The notes under the pieces were generated by a model. The model ran no database searches and was not told the origin of the DNA. It saw nothing but the letters and a program-made list of their open reading frames with translations. A program made the translations under genes and the position numbers. Below, piece after piece: positions 28,748 to 38,900 of a stretch of 64,000 nt of DNA. Origin of the DNA: Candidatus Latescibacterota bacterium (GTDB lineage: Bacteria; Latescibacterota; UBA2968; UBA8231); NCBI GenBank assembly GCA_965215195.1, contig CBDCDC010000002.1, forward strand, positions 3,520,001 to 3,584,000, in the 5' to 3' direction. Each line of letters begins with the position of its first letter. Within the stretch, counting starts at the first letter, position 1.

Positions 28748-31204
28748 CTAACCATCGTCGTAGTGATCCAGCTCTCGTCTCAGGCGAACCGCGTCTTGGC
28801 TATGGTCGGCTGGGGGGGGCTTGGACGGTAGAGGTGCTTGGCCGTGGTCCTTCCAGCGAACGAGCAGTGTGCGCACTAAGGCGACGCCAAACAAAAGAGC
28901 CACAAAGGGCGCGACCCAAGCTAGCAGGTTAAAGCCCTTTTGCGGTGGGGTGGCTAAGACCCGCAGGCCAAAACGCGCTACATAGCCATCGACGATCTGC
29001 TGCCGAGTCTGGCCTTGGTCTAGGGCTAAGCCAATTGCCTCGCGTTCGGGTACGGCGAAGTCGGTACAAAGACAGGTAGCTAGGGATTCCCGAGGGCAAT
29101 TACCGCAGAGACAGACCAACTCCTCAGCCACGCCTTTGATTTCCGCTGTTGTCGCCGCCCCTACCGGCGAGAAGCCCAAGGTCAACGCAACGAGTACGGA
29201 CACGTAGGTACGAGACCTCCGTGCGATGGCCGAGTCCATTGCGGTCTCCCGATCGATCCGAGCCAACCGCCGGTCTCGCGGCGTGGGCCACATCGCCCAC
29301 AGTGCGCCGAGCACTAGGACGACCGCACCGAGCCACACGAAGTTGATTAGCGGGTTGATATAGACTTGGAATTTGGTGCTCCGGTCTTCGGCAGACCCCA
29401 CTAGAATTACATAGAAGTCCTCGCGCCATGTCGAGTAAATGGAGACTTCAGTGGTACCTTGGTCAAAAGCCGGGTAGTAGCGTCGCTCCGGCAGCAGTGT
29501 GCCGAGGAATTGATCGTCGCGATGCAGGGCCAAGGCTGCGGCAGTAGTGCTATGGTTGGCGTTTTCTGCGAAGGCCAGCGACGCGAAAGTAATCTGGTAT
29601 TCGCCGACTTGATGCGAAGCCCCTTGGTCAAGGACGACTTCGGCTTCTTGGGTAAAGGCTTTGCCGGTGAAGCCAGCAAAGAGCAATACCAGCCCGAGGT
29701 GAGTCAAATACCCGCCGTAACGCCGCCGGTTCTTGGCGCAGAGGCGATACAATGCCACCGGATAAGGCTCGCCCGTACTGTGCATCCGCGCTCGCGCTCC
29801 AGCGTGGAACTCGGAAGTGAGCGCGACGAGGACGAAGACGCACAGCCCGAATGACAGCACGACATAGGGATCGCGTACGCCGATAGCAAAAAAGACCCCG
29901 CAAGAAAGTGCGCCCACCGTCACCGGGCGGGTGAAGTTTTTGCGCAGGCTTTCGCTGGAGGTGCGACGCCAAGCGAAGAGCGGACCAGCACCCGTCAACA
30001 ACAGGAGCACTAGGCCGATGGGAATCGTGACTTGGTTGAAAAAGGGGGGGCCGACTGTGATTTGCTCGTCGGTCAAGGCTTCGGAGACCAGCGGGAAGAC
30101 CGTGCCCCAGAACACGGCGAAGAGCATCCCCAAGAGAATCCAGTTGTTGAGCAAGAAAGCTGTCTCGCGCGAGGCAAAAGATTCCAAGCGGTTCTCGGCT
30201 TTGAGCAGGGGTACCCGCAGCCACAAAAGCCCAAAAGAAAAAATCAGCGTCAGGACTAGGAACGTGCCAAAAAAAGGGCCGATATTGGATTGGGCAAAAG
30301 CGTGAACCGAGGAGATGATGCCACTGCGGGTCATAAAGGTGCCGAACAGACACAGCGCGTACGTGAGGATCGCCAGTGCCACGTTCCATACCTTGAGCAT
30401 GCCCTTGCGCTCTTGAATCATAATCGAGTGCAGAAAAGCGGTGGCGATCAGCCAAGGCATCAGCGAGGAGTTCTCCACCGGATCCCACCCCCAATATCCA
30501 CCCCACCCCAGCTCGACATAGGCCCATTTGCCGCCTAGCAGGAGACCAAAGCCGAGAAAAGTCCAAGGAATGAGCATCCAGCGACGAGAAGCGCGGAGCC
30601 AAGTAGCGTCCAGCTTGCCGGTCAAGAGCGCGGCGATGGCAAAGGCAAAGGGTACGACCATGCCCACCATCCCCAAGTAGAGCATAGGCGGGTGAATGGC
30701 CATGACGGGGTGTTGTAGAATCGGATTGAGCCCGCGGCCGTCCTCTGGCGTAAAAGGGAGGCGCTGGAACGGGTCGGCGGCAAAGAGATGCACGATGCAA
30801 AAGAAGAAGCTGGTAAGGGATAGGGTCGCCATCGCGTAGGGCATCAATTCGCGATAGCGCCGGCGGTAGAGTGCTGCCAAGCCCGCCGAGTAGATGGATA
30901 GGATCCAGCCCCAAAACAACAGCGACCCGTTTTGCCCGCCCCACAGCGCCGTTATTAAATAGAACAAAGGCATGGCGCGATTGCTGTTTTCGGCCACGTA
31001 CTCGACTTGGAAGTCGTGGGAGATGAGAGCGTACCACAACGCGAGAACCGCCAGTGTCAACAGGGCACAGGTCGCCAAGACCCCGTTTTCGCCCGAGCGC
31101 ACTAGCCCCAAGTGGCCACGCCTCGCCCCGAAGGCCAACGCCAGAACCCCATAGCCGGACGCTAGAAGTGCCAAGCACAAGGCAAAAAAGCCGATAGCAA
31201 CCAT
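28748..31204 (-). CDS. ccmF: Cytochrome c synthetase CcmF fused to a CcmH-like domain
   Basis: HPPMLYLG, WGGYWGWDPVENSS, SVHAF; C-terminal LVCLCGNC...V.RFG..VLATPP..GFNLLAW. Confidence 0.93.
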   Translation of the reverse strand: MVAIGFFALCLALLASGYGVLALAFGARRGHLGLVRSGENGVLATCALLTLAVLALWYALISHDFQVEYVAENSNRAMPLFYLITALWGGQNGSLLFWGWILSIYSAGLAALYRRRYRELMPYAMATLSLTSFFFCIVHLFAADPFQRLPFTPEDGRGLNPILQHPVMAIHPPMLYLGMVGMVVPFAFAIAALLTGKLDATWLRASRRWMLIPWTFLGFGLLLGGKWAYVELGWGGYWGWDPVENSSLMPWLIATAFLHSIMIQERKGMLKVWNVALAILTYALCLFGTFMTRSGIISSVHAFAQSNIGPFFGTFLVLTLIFSFGLLWLRVPLLKAENRLESFASRETAFLLNNWILLGMLFAVFWGTVFPLVSEALTDEQITVGPPFFNQVTIPIGLVLLLLTGAGPLFAWRRTSSESLRKNFTRPVTVGALSCGVFFAIGVRDPYVVLSFGLCVFVLVALTSEFHAGARARMHSTGEPYPVALYRLCAKNRRRYGGYLTHLGLVLLFAGFTGKAFTQEAEVVLDQGASHQVGEYQITFASLAFAENANHSTTAAALALHRDDQFLGTLLPERRYYPAFDQGTTEVSIYSTWREDFYVILVGSAEDRSTKFQVYINPLINFVWLGAVVLVLGALWAMWPTPRDRRLARIDRETAMDSAIARRSRTYVSVLVALTLGFSPVGAATTAEIKGVAEELVCLCGNCPRESLATCLCTDFAVPEREAIGLALDQGQTRQQIVDGYVARFGLRVLATPPQKGFNLLAWVAPFVALLFGVALVRTLLVRWKDHGQAPLPSKPPPADHSQDAVRLRRELDHYDDG

Positions 31205-31237
31205 AAAATGTCGGGAAAAGCCAAAAGGTGCTGTGGG

Positions 31238-31672
31238 CTAGCCGCTCGAGCTATTCATCGCCTGCACGTGGCCTTCATAGCTCTGTCCCTCGTACTTGGA
31301 GGGGCATTTGGCAAAGACGAGATCGGCGGCAAAAGTCTGGTCGGCTGGATGGTATTCGCCTTCGAGCACTACCAGTGCCTCGTCCTTGAAGGTATCGGGC
31401 AGCACGGTGTGTCCGACGTAGCGCACTCGCAGTGTGTGTTGCCCGTCGGTAATCGCGAATTCGGGGCGCGAGCGATACCGGTCCCACTCAATCGAACCGG
31501 GCACCACCGTGCTGCCGCCTAGCTGAATGCGCTGACCCTCGACCGTAGTTCCGTCCATCAGGGTTTGCAGCGTCATGTGGGTCGCCGTTGACTGTTGGAC
31601 GCCGGCAGCAAAAAGGTAGATCAAACCAGCGGCAACGACTAGGGAGCCGAGGGTGAATTTGTGCCGTCTCAT
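31238..31672 (-). CDS. ccmE: Heme chaperone CcmE, CxxxY variant
   Basis: V.Y.G..LPDTFKD...VV.EG...F.AD....KCPSKY. Confidence 0.9.
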   Translation of the reverse strand: MRRHKFTLGSLVVAAGLIYLFAAGVQQSTATHMTLQTLMDGTTVEGQRIQLGGSTVVPGSIEWDRYRSRPEFAITDGQHTLRVRYVGHTVLPDTFKDEALVVLEGEYHPADQTFAADLVFAKCPSKYEGQSYEGHVQAMNSSSG

Positions 31673-31741
31673 AGAAATAAATCTGCTCAATTTCCCTTTC
31701 TTGTGCAAACGAGTACGCCTGTTGGCGGGAAGTGGTCGCGC

Positions 31742-32881
31742 TCACACTTCGAGCACCTTGGGCAGGCTGGATAGGTTTTCGTAGCCGCCTTTGCAAACCA
31801 CGACCGTATCTTCGATCCGCACGCCTCCTAAGCCTCGGTAGTAGAGTCCCGGTTCCATCGTCACGACATGGCCCGACTCGAGCACGTCGCCGTGCGGGCC
31901 GATCTTCGGCCCCTCGTGGATCTCCAGACCTAGCCCGTGCCCCGTGCCGTGGAAGTATCCCTGCATATAGCCGTCTTTCTCTCCGGTCTCGTAGCCGGCG
32001 GCACCGAAAAACCGTTGGATTGATTCGTGAATAAGGTGGCCTTCGGCCCCCGGGCGGATGTGGTCTAAGCCCAATTGTTGCGCCTCCAGCACGGTTTCGT
32101 ACAGGTGCCGCAGCAGCTTGGGTGCCGGCCCCTTGCAGACGGTCCGCGTCAGGTCTCCGTAGTAGCCGCTCGCCTCGTCGCGTGGAAAAACGTCGATGAT
32201 GATGGTCTCACGGGTGCGCAAAGGTCCAAAGCCCACTTGGTGTGGGTCGCAGCCTTGGTCGCCTCCGGCGATGATGGTACGTTCGCCAATACTGTCGCAG
32301 TCCATTAGGGTCTGATGCACCATGCGCCGCAACCGCTCTGAAGTGAGTACGTCGCCGTTGAGGAAGAGTATGCCATCGCGCACATCGGCTGCGCGCAGCC
32401 CCTCAATCGCCGTTTGCATGCCCGCTTCGGCGGCCCGCATTGCCCGGCGCATGCCCTCAATCTCTACGGCGTCCTTGATCTTGCGCTGGGGAAAGAGCGG
32501 CTCGGCCGCAATGGCGAGTTCGATGCCCTCCTCCCACAGAAAGTCGGCCGTACCAAGGGGAAAATCAGCGGGTACTTGCAGCTTCTCCAAGCCGAGGTCG
32601 CGCAAAAGTTCCACCAAGACGGCTTTGCCGTTGGGCCGCTCCTCGCCCCTTTCCTTGAGCTGATTCTCGTACTGGGCATAAGGCAATACCCGGTTGACGC
32701 AGGCTTGGTCGCGTGCGCGGTCGATTTCGAGCTTGTGGGCGAGCATGAGTTTTTCGCTGGGAGTCCACAGAAAGACAAAGGGATCGGGAGCGCGAAAGCG
32801 GGTGGCGTAAAACAGATTGGCGCAGCGTTCGCTGCTGCCGATCATCAGCAGGGCATCGGCACCTTTTAGGTCGGGTGTCAT
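31742..32881 (-). CDS. Xaa-Pro aminopeptidase (M24)
   Basis: IIIDVFP, GDLTRT, HGTGHGLGLEIHE, TMEPGLY, GVRIED. Confidence 0.93.
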   Translation of the reverse strand: MTPDLKGADALLMIGSSERCANLFYATRFRAPDPFVFLWTPSEKLMLAHKLEIDRARDQACVNRVLPYAQYENQLKERGEERPNGKAVLVELLRDLGLEKLQVPADFPLGTADFLWEEGIELAIAAEPLFPQRKIKDAVEIEGMRRAMRAAEAGMQTAIEGLRAADVRDGILFLNGDVLTSERLRRMVHQTLMDCDSIGERTIIAGGDQGCDPHQVGFGPLRTRETIIIDVFPRDEASGYYGDLTRTVCKGPAPKLLRHLYETVLEAQQLGLDHIRPGAEGHLIHESIQRFFGAAGYETGEKDGYMQGYFHGTGHGLGLEIHEGPKIGPHGDVLESGHVVTMEPGLYYRGLGGVRIEDTVVVCKGGYENLSSLPKVLEV

Positions 32882-32886
32882 GGTTT

Positions 32887-34362
32887 TTACTCCGGGATAC
32901 TCAGCGCCCGGACATCGATTCCGGTATCGGGCCGCCAAAACCAGAACAACGCAGACTGTCCCGTTTCCAGCCCGGAAACAAAGCGCACAAATTGCTCCAG
33001 CGAGGTAACGCGCTCCTGGTCCACTTCGGTGATCACGTCGCGTACTTGAATGCCTTTGTCCGCGGCCAGCCCCTCCGGCTCTACTTCAACTACCACCACT
33101 GGCTCCTCGCCTTGTTCAAAACCCAGTTCTGCGGCCAGTTCGCCGGCAAAGCCCAGCTCGGTAGCCAACTCGGCGGGCAAAGACTCAACTGAGAACCCTA
33201 GCTGTGCTAGCCGCTGATGCCCCTCGGAGAGGAGCCGGTCCTCTTCGCGCTCGCCGAGCACCACGGCGACTTGGTGGAGCTGGCTCTGACGCACGATTTG
33301 CAGGTTGACCGTCTCGCCCGGGTCGCGGCTGTAGATCAGCGTCTGTAGGTGGTTGAAGTGGTTCACCTCGATACCATTGAGCGACAGTATGACATCTCCG
33401 ACGAGCAGGCCACCGCGCTCGGCGGGGCTGTTGGGCTGCACTTCTTTGAGGCAAACGCCCCGCGGCCGCTCCATGTCGAGGCCGTGCTTGCGGATTAGCT
33501 CTTGAGTCATCTCAGATTCCATGGTCACGCCCAAATGGCCGCGTACGATCCGTCCGTGGACCAGCAGATCATCTACCACTTCGTGCGCTAGGTTTATCGG
33601 CACGGCCAGCCCGTAGCCGATGTAGTAACCAGTGCGCGTTGAAATGGCCGTGTTGATCCCTACAACTCTGCCCTGTAGGTCGAGTAGAGGGCCGCCGGAG
33701 TTGCCGGGGTTAATCACGGCATTGGTCTGGATGAAACTCTCGATAGCGTAGCGATTTTCACTACTGCGGTTGAAAATGCCTGTTTGGCGCCCTAGGGCAC
33801 TGACGATGCCGTGCGTCAGCGTTGACCCCATGCCCAAGGGATGCCCGATGGCCAACACCCAGTCGCCGATTTGCAAAAGGTCTGAGTCGGCCAACTGCAC
33901 AGTAGGCAGCCCCTGCGCCTCAACCTTGAGCAGGGCGATGTCAATCAGCGAGTCGAAGCCGATGATCTTAGCCTGATAGGTGCGGCGGTCAGAGAGGGTG
34001 ACTTGGATGGAGTCGGCACCGGCGACGACGTGGTAATTGCTCAGAATGTAGCCATCGTCGCTGACGATAGTACCCGATCCTATGCCGCGGAAGTCTTCGT
34101 CGGGGACTTCTGGGTGGAAGGGGGGCAATACGCGCTTCTGCCAAGGTCGGGCCGTCGCCGCGATTAGAACCACGGCCGGGCGCACTTGTTCATAAGCTCG
34201 GCGGAAAGCTCTGCTGAGATCTGCTAGTGGCTGGGTGCTCTCCACTGGCATTTGCGCCCCGGTCGGCCGGGCACTTGCGAACGACGCGGCAATAAAGATG
34301 CTCACCCACGGACGACAAGTGCTGAACAGAGCGGAGGCATTTAGCGAGTCTCGCCGCTTCAT
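32887..34362 (-). CDS. HtrA/DegP serine protease with two PDZ domains
   Basis: SNYHVV, DIALLK and INPGNSGGPL triad; start uncertain. Confidence 0.92.
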   Translation of the reverse strand: MKRRDSLNASALFSTCRPWVSIFIAASFASARPTGAQMPVESTQPLADLSRAFRRAYEQVRPAVVLIAATARPWQKRVLPPFHPEVPDEDFRGIGSGTIVSDDGYILSNYHVVAGADSIQVTLSDRRTYQAKIIGFDSLIDIALLKVEAQGLPTVQLADSDLLQIGDWVLAIGHPLGMGSTLTHGIVSALGRQTGIFNRSSENRYAIESFIQTNAVINPGNSGGPLLDLQGRVVGINTAISTRTGYYIGYGLAVPINLAHEVVDDLLVHGRIVRGHLGVTMESEMTQELIRKHGLDMERPRGVCLKEVQPNSPAERGGLLVGDVILSLNGIEVNHFNHLQTLIYSRDPGETVNLQIVRQSQLHQVAVVLGEREEDRLLSEGHQRLAQLGFSVESLPAELATELGFAGELAAELGFEQGEEPVVVVEVEPEGLAADKGIQVRDVITEVDQERVTSLEQFVRFVSGLETGQSALFWFWRPDTGIDVRALSIPE

Positions 34363-35930
34363 CCGAGGTCGTATTCCTTCAATTTCCGGTAGAGGGTACG
34401 AGCACTAATGCCGAGGATTGCCGCCGCCTTCCGGCGATTGCCGCCGACGCGGTCGAGTGTCTGCTCGATGGCTTCCCTCTCCCGGTCTTTGAGTGTGGGC
34501 AAAGGCTCAATAGCTGCATTCTCGGGGATGCGTATTGCCGCGGGCTGGGGCTCTGCGGGATTGTATGGGGCACCCTCAACCGGGTAGATCGGTTGACTTG
34601 ATTCCTCTGGTGCTACCGGCTGAACGACCGCTGGTGCTACGGGAGGTGTAGAAGACGGCATCACGGGGGCATTGCGCTCAACCGTGGCTCTTAGTTCAGC
34701 GACCTCGCGCTTGAGATCCAAGAGAGCAAAGTAGATCAACTCGCGCTCGGATTGATCCGGCGTCTTGCTGGTTGGCACTGGCAAATGGCGCGTGGGCTGG
34801 ATCCTGAGGTGAGGCAACAAGTCTTCGGGTTCGACGAGGGCACGCGGGGCGAGGAAGACCAAGTGCTCAATTAGGTTGCGCAACTCGCGCACATTGCCAG
34901 GCCAAGCATAGCTTTGCAAAAGGTCAATCGCCGCAGCCGAGAATCCCTCTAGGCGGCTCTTGTTATCCTCGGTCAACTCGCCGATAAAGCGCTCGATCAA
35001 GAGGGGAATGTCCTCGGCCCGGCGGCGCAGCGGGGGAATGTCGAGCTCGACGACCTTGAGCCGATGGTAGAGGTCGAGGCGGAACTCGCGCTGGTCAACC
35101 GCCTTTTGTAGATCGCGATTGGTCGCGGCAATGACGCGAATGTTCACCGCGATAGACGCACTGCCGCCGATGCGGGTAACCTCGCGCTGTTCGAGGACCC
35201 GCAAGAGACGCACTTGCGCCGCCAGCGACATCTCGCCGATTTCGTCTAGAAAGACCGTTCCGCCGTTAGCTTGTTCAAAGAGGCCTCGGTACTGGGCGCG
35301 GGCGTCGGTGAAGGCCCCTTTCTCGTGCCCGAAGAGTTCGTTCTCCAACAGATTCTCCGGAATAGCACCGCAGTTGAGCGGACGGAAAGGATGTTCGCGC
35401 CGGCTGCTGTAGCGATGTATAGCTTCGGCAACTAGGTCCTTGCCCGCGCCGCTTTCGCCCGTCAGTAGAATAGAGGAAACCGGCGTCGGTGCCACGATTA
35501 AGATGCGTTCGCGCAATTGGCGCATTAAGGGCGACTGACCCACCAGCTCGGCCCCGTGCAAAAAATCCCCTCGCTCTAGCAACTGGTCCAGATGTTGGCG
35601 CAGGACTTCGGCCTTAAAGGGCACGGCGACTTGGTCTTTGAGAGGCGAGCCCCACAAAAGTCGGTCCCAGTTCTCGTCGGCATTGCCCAAGCCCAGTACG
35701 GGCACATCGCGATGCTGGTCGAGTGCGGCGACGCCCGCTGCTAGGACGGCGGGCGGGAGTTCCATATCAAAGGCGACCAGATCCACCCCGCGCCGCAGCA
35801 ACGGCCCAAGTGCATCGCCATTAGCCGCGTTGAGTACGCGCAACCGCACGTCGTGGAGCGCAGACTTGAACTCCGCTTCCAGCTCTGCTCGCTGGGTCAA
35901 GAGCAAAATGTGACTTTGAGTCGGGGCCAT
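34359..35930 (-). CDS. sigma54-interaction (NtrC-like) AAA+ regulator with Fis HTH
   Basis: GESGAGKD, ELFGHEKGAFTDA, FLDEIGE, WPGNVREL, LGISARTLYRKL; start set to ATG 35930 after AGGGAG. Confidence 0.92.
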   Translation of the reverse strand: MAPTQSHILLLTQRAELEAEFKSALHDVRLRVLNAANGDALGPLLRRGVDLVAFDMELPPAVLAAGVAALDQHRDVPVLGLGNADENWDRLLWGSPLKDQVAVPFKAEVLRQHLDQLLERGDFLHGAELVGQSPLMRQLRERILIVAPTPVSSILLTGESGAGKDLVAEAIHRYSSRREHPFRPLNCGAIPENLLENELFGHEKGAFTDARAQYRGLFEQANGGTVFLDEIGEMSLAAQVRLLRVLEQREVTRIGGSASIAVNIRVIAATNRDLQKAVDQREFRLDLYHRLKVVELDIPPLRRRAEDIPLLIERFIGELTEDNKSRLEGFSAAAIDLLQSYAWPGNVRELRNLIEHLVFLAPRALVEPEDLLPHLRIQPTRHLPVPTSKTPDQSERELIYFALLDLKREVAELRATVERNAPVMPSSTPPVAPAVVQPVAPEESSQPIYPVEGAPYNPAEPQPAAIRIPENAAIEPLPTLKDREREAIEQTLDRVGGNRRKAAAILGISARTLYRKLKEYDLG

Positions 35931-35952
35931 GGTACTCCCTGCTGGCGTCGCC

Positions 35953-38900
35953 TCAGTTGAGGGTTTCCAGCTTGTGGCGCAGGGTCTCAATCCGCTCGCG
36001 GGCTAGCTGCCCCTGTGGACTCTGGCCCCCTTCGCGACGAGCGATGCGCTCGTAGATGGTCATGGCTGTGGCGTGTTCGCCCAGCGATTCGTGGCAGCGG
36101 CCGCGCTGGAAATCCGCCGAGGTAATCCACATGCTGAGTCCTTCGGCGCCGTGGTAGCTGACTTTGTAATAGGCTTGGATAGCCTTGCGGTACTCGCCCA
36201 TGTTCTGATAGGATTCGCCGATGTAAAACCGGGCTTCGGAAGCGTCGTTGCCATTGAGTAGCTGTTGGGAGAGCAATTCATCTAGCTGTTCAATGGCTTG
36301 GGCGTATTGGCCCTTACTCTTGAGGATGATACCCAGTTCGAGTTGGACCTCGATGGCTTTGGGGTGCTCGGGGTACTGGCTCAGTAGCTGATTGGCCACT
36401 TGGTGAGCGGCCTCGTACTCGTGGGCACTTTGGTAGCTCTTGAGGAGCTTCCACATCGCATCTTGGGCCTGTTCGCGACTGACTTCTGGCGCATCTAAGG
36501 CGTGCTTGTAGGCTCCTGCCGCTTGCAGAAAGTTGTGCAGCGAAAAGTGGTAGTCGCCTAGGCGCAAGTAGGCGTCAGCTACTTGGGGACTCGTCGGATA
36601 TTCCCGCACAAAGCGCGATATGGCTTCCAACGCGTACGCCGCCCCTTCCTCGCTGGGCGTCACCTTGTTGCGCTTCCACAAGGTCACGGCCATCCAATAG
36701 GCCCCGTCGTCAGCCCACTTACCTCCTTGCTTTTCCACCGCTTGAAACAGCTCGTGAGCCTTCTTGTAGTTACCAGCCTGCAAATAGTATTTCCCCTCTT
36801 CGACCCGGAAGTGTTGACGCCACTCCGTCTCCTCCTTGAACCGCTTGGCAAAGCGCTTGGCTGCTTTGCGCCCCTCCTCTATGCGCTTGAGTCGGAACAG
36901 GGCGAGGATAGCTTGTCCGTGGATCAGGGTATCCTCGCTTTGCTCCAGCAAGGGCTGATATAGCTGGTAGGCTTGTTTGTATTGCTGTCGGGCAAAGGCG
37001 ATGTGGCCGGCCCGCGCCGAGGCTTCGGCCGCCAATCCGCCGGATGCAAACTCTCGGCCGACCTTGCGGAAGAGCCGAGATGCTTTGTCTTCTCGACCTA
37101 ACCTCAGTTGCAATACCGCTTGGGCAAAGTAAATGCTGTCTAGCCCTGCCGGGTTTGGTTCTTCGGCGAGTATTTGCCGATAGGTCTCCATGGCCTCGCC
37201 ATAGCGGTTGAGGTGGTGGTAAGCGCGGCCGATTCGTCGGAGGATCGGCCCTTTGTCGTCGGTGATCGTCGAGCTGGAGACCAGCGGTTGGTACAGCTCA
37301 ATGGCAGCGGCGTATTGACCGAGCTGAAAATAGATGTCGCCCAACAGTTTCTGGGCGGCGCGGCGCTGGGGAAAGGCCGGGTAGCCCCAGCGCAATTCTT
37401 GCAGTCGGGCGATGGCTTCTTGGGGCCGCTCCTGCGCCAAGCGAATATGGCCCAACTCAAAGAGCACCGGTGCCGTCAGCGGACTGTCGGGGTAGTCTTG
37501 CAGGACGCGACTGAGCAAGTCGGCCGCTGCTTGGTGTTGGCCTTTTTGCACTAGGCAAAGACTCTTGCCGTACAGGGCGCGGGGTACGAGCGGACTATCA
37601 GAAGAAAGCTGGCGGAGTTGGTCGTAGGCCGCAATGGCCCCGTCGATCCAAGTGGTATCGGTCGCCCCGAGCTGGCGGCGGGCATCGCCTAGCTGCAAAA
37701 GGGCTTGGTCTAGGTGGGCCCCTCGGCTCTCGGAAAATTCGGCGACGAAAGCGGCAATCCCCTCTTCGAGATTTGATAACCGCAGCGAATCGGGGCTGTC
37801 CTCGGCTTCGATTTTAATGAGGCTAAGTCGTGCGCGCCGGACCCATGTGCTGTCGGCGGGAGATTGCTCGGCGAGGCTGTCAGTGGAAGACCGCTCGGCG
37901 AGAATGCGGTATTCTCGCCGAGCAAGGGTCCGCAGCGAGTCTGCGCTGGCAGGCTGCGCCTCTAGCTGGCGTTGGCGGGCGAGCCGGAGCAGGCTTTCGG
38001 CCAGAAAGTACTGTGCTTCGTTGTTGTAGTGGTCGTCTGGATAGACCGTGGTGTAGTGTTTGAAGGATTGGGCGGCCGCTACAAAATCGTGGTGCGAGAA
38101 AAGCACCCGGGCGACATCTAGCTGCACTAGCTGGCGCGACTTGCCGCTCAACTCGTCGATCCAGGATTTTTGTAAGGCTTGGTTGAGGCCGGCCGGGTCT
38201 AAGACGGTGAATTCGCGCAAATACTCGATTCGCTGGCGCACCTCCTCGCTCTGGCGGTCGGCGGGGAAGAGTTCGAGGAAAGCCACGTATTCGCGCAGTG
38301 CCGTGCGCGGCTGTCCACTTTGCTCAAAGGTTTGGGCGAGGGCGAATTGCGCTTTGGTTGCTACCTCGTCCCGACCCGAAGCTAGCTGGCGATAGAGAGC
38401 GATGGCTTCTTCGTAGTAGCCGGTTGAGGCATAGAGTGCGGCGAGCTCGAAGCGCACGGCGTCGGCGTCGGAAGCCGTATCGGCTTCCCGCAGGTAGCGG
38501 CGATACCAAGTTATCGCGCGGCTGTGGTCTCCACGCTGCTTGTAGAGGACGCCCAGTTCCCTCAGAGCACTGATGGCTTCGGGGCTGGTCACGCCAAGGC
38601 GCGGTGAAGCGCCGGTCTGGATCAACCCTTGAAACAGACCTACCGCGAGGGCGAATTGTCCGGCTTGGCCTAAAGCGATGGCTCGGCCTAGCTGCGCCTT
38701 GAGGTAAGCAGGGTGTCCGGGTTGGAGCATGGTGCTTAGCTCGTTGTAGTGGGCGATGGCTTTGCGCGTCTGATGACTCTGGCGGCGGGCATCAGCTAGT
38801 CCTAGGAGCGCGTGTTCTTTGAGGGAGCGGTCGTCAATTTTCTTAAACGCCCGCTGATAGGCGTCCCCAGCTTGGCTAAAGAGGCTCGATCCATAGAGAT

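Noticed and set aside
29628-31178. 516-aa alternative-frame ORF inside ccmF
   Set aside because: Same-strand off-frame ORF with low-complexity Arg/Leu/Gly composition; the CcmF frame has all the family motifs
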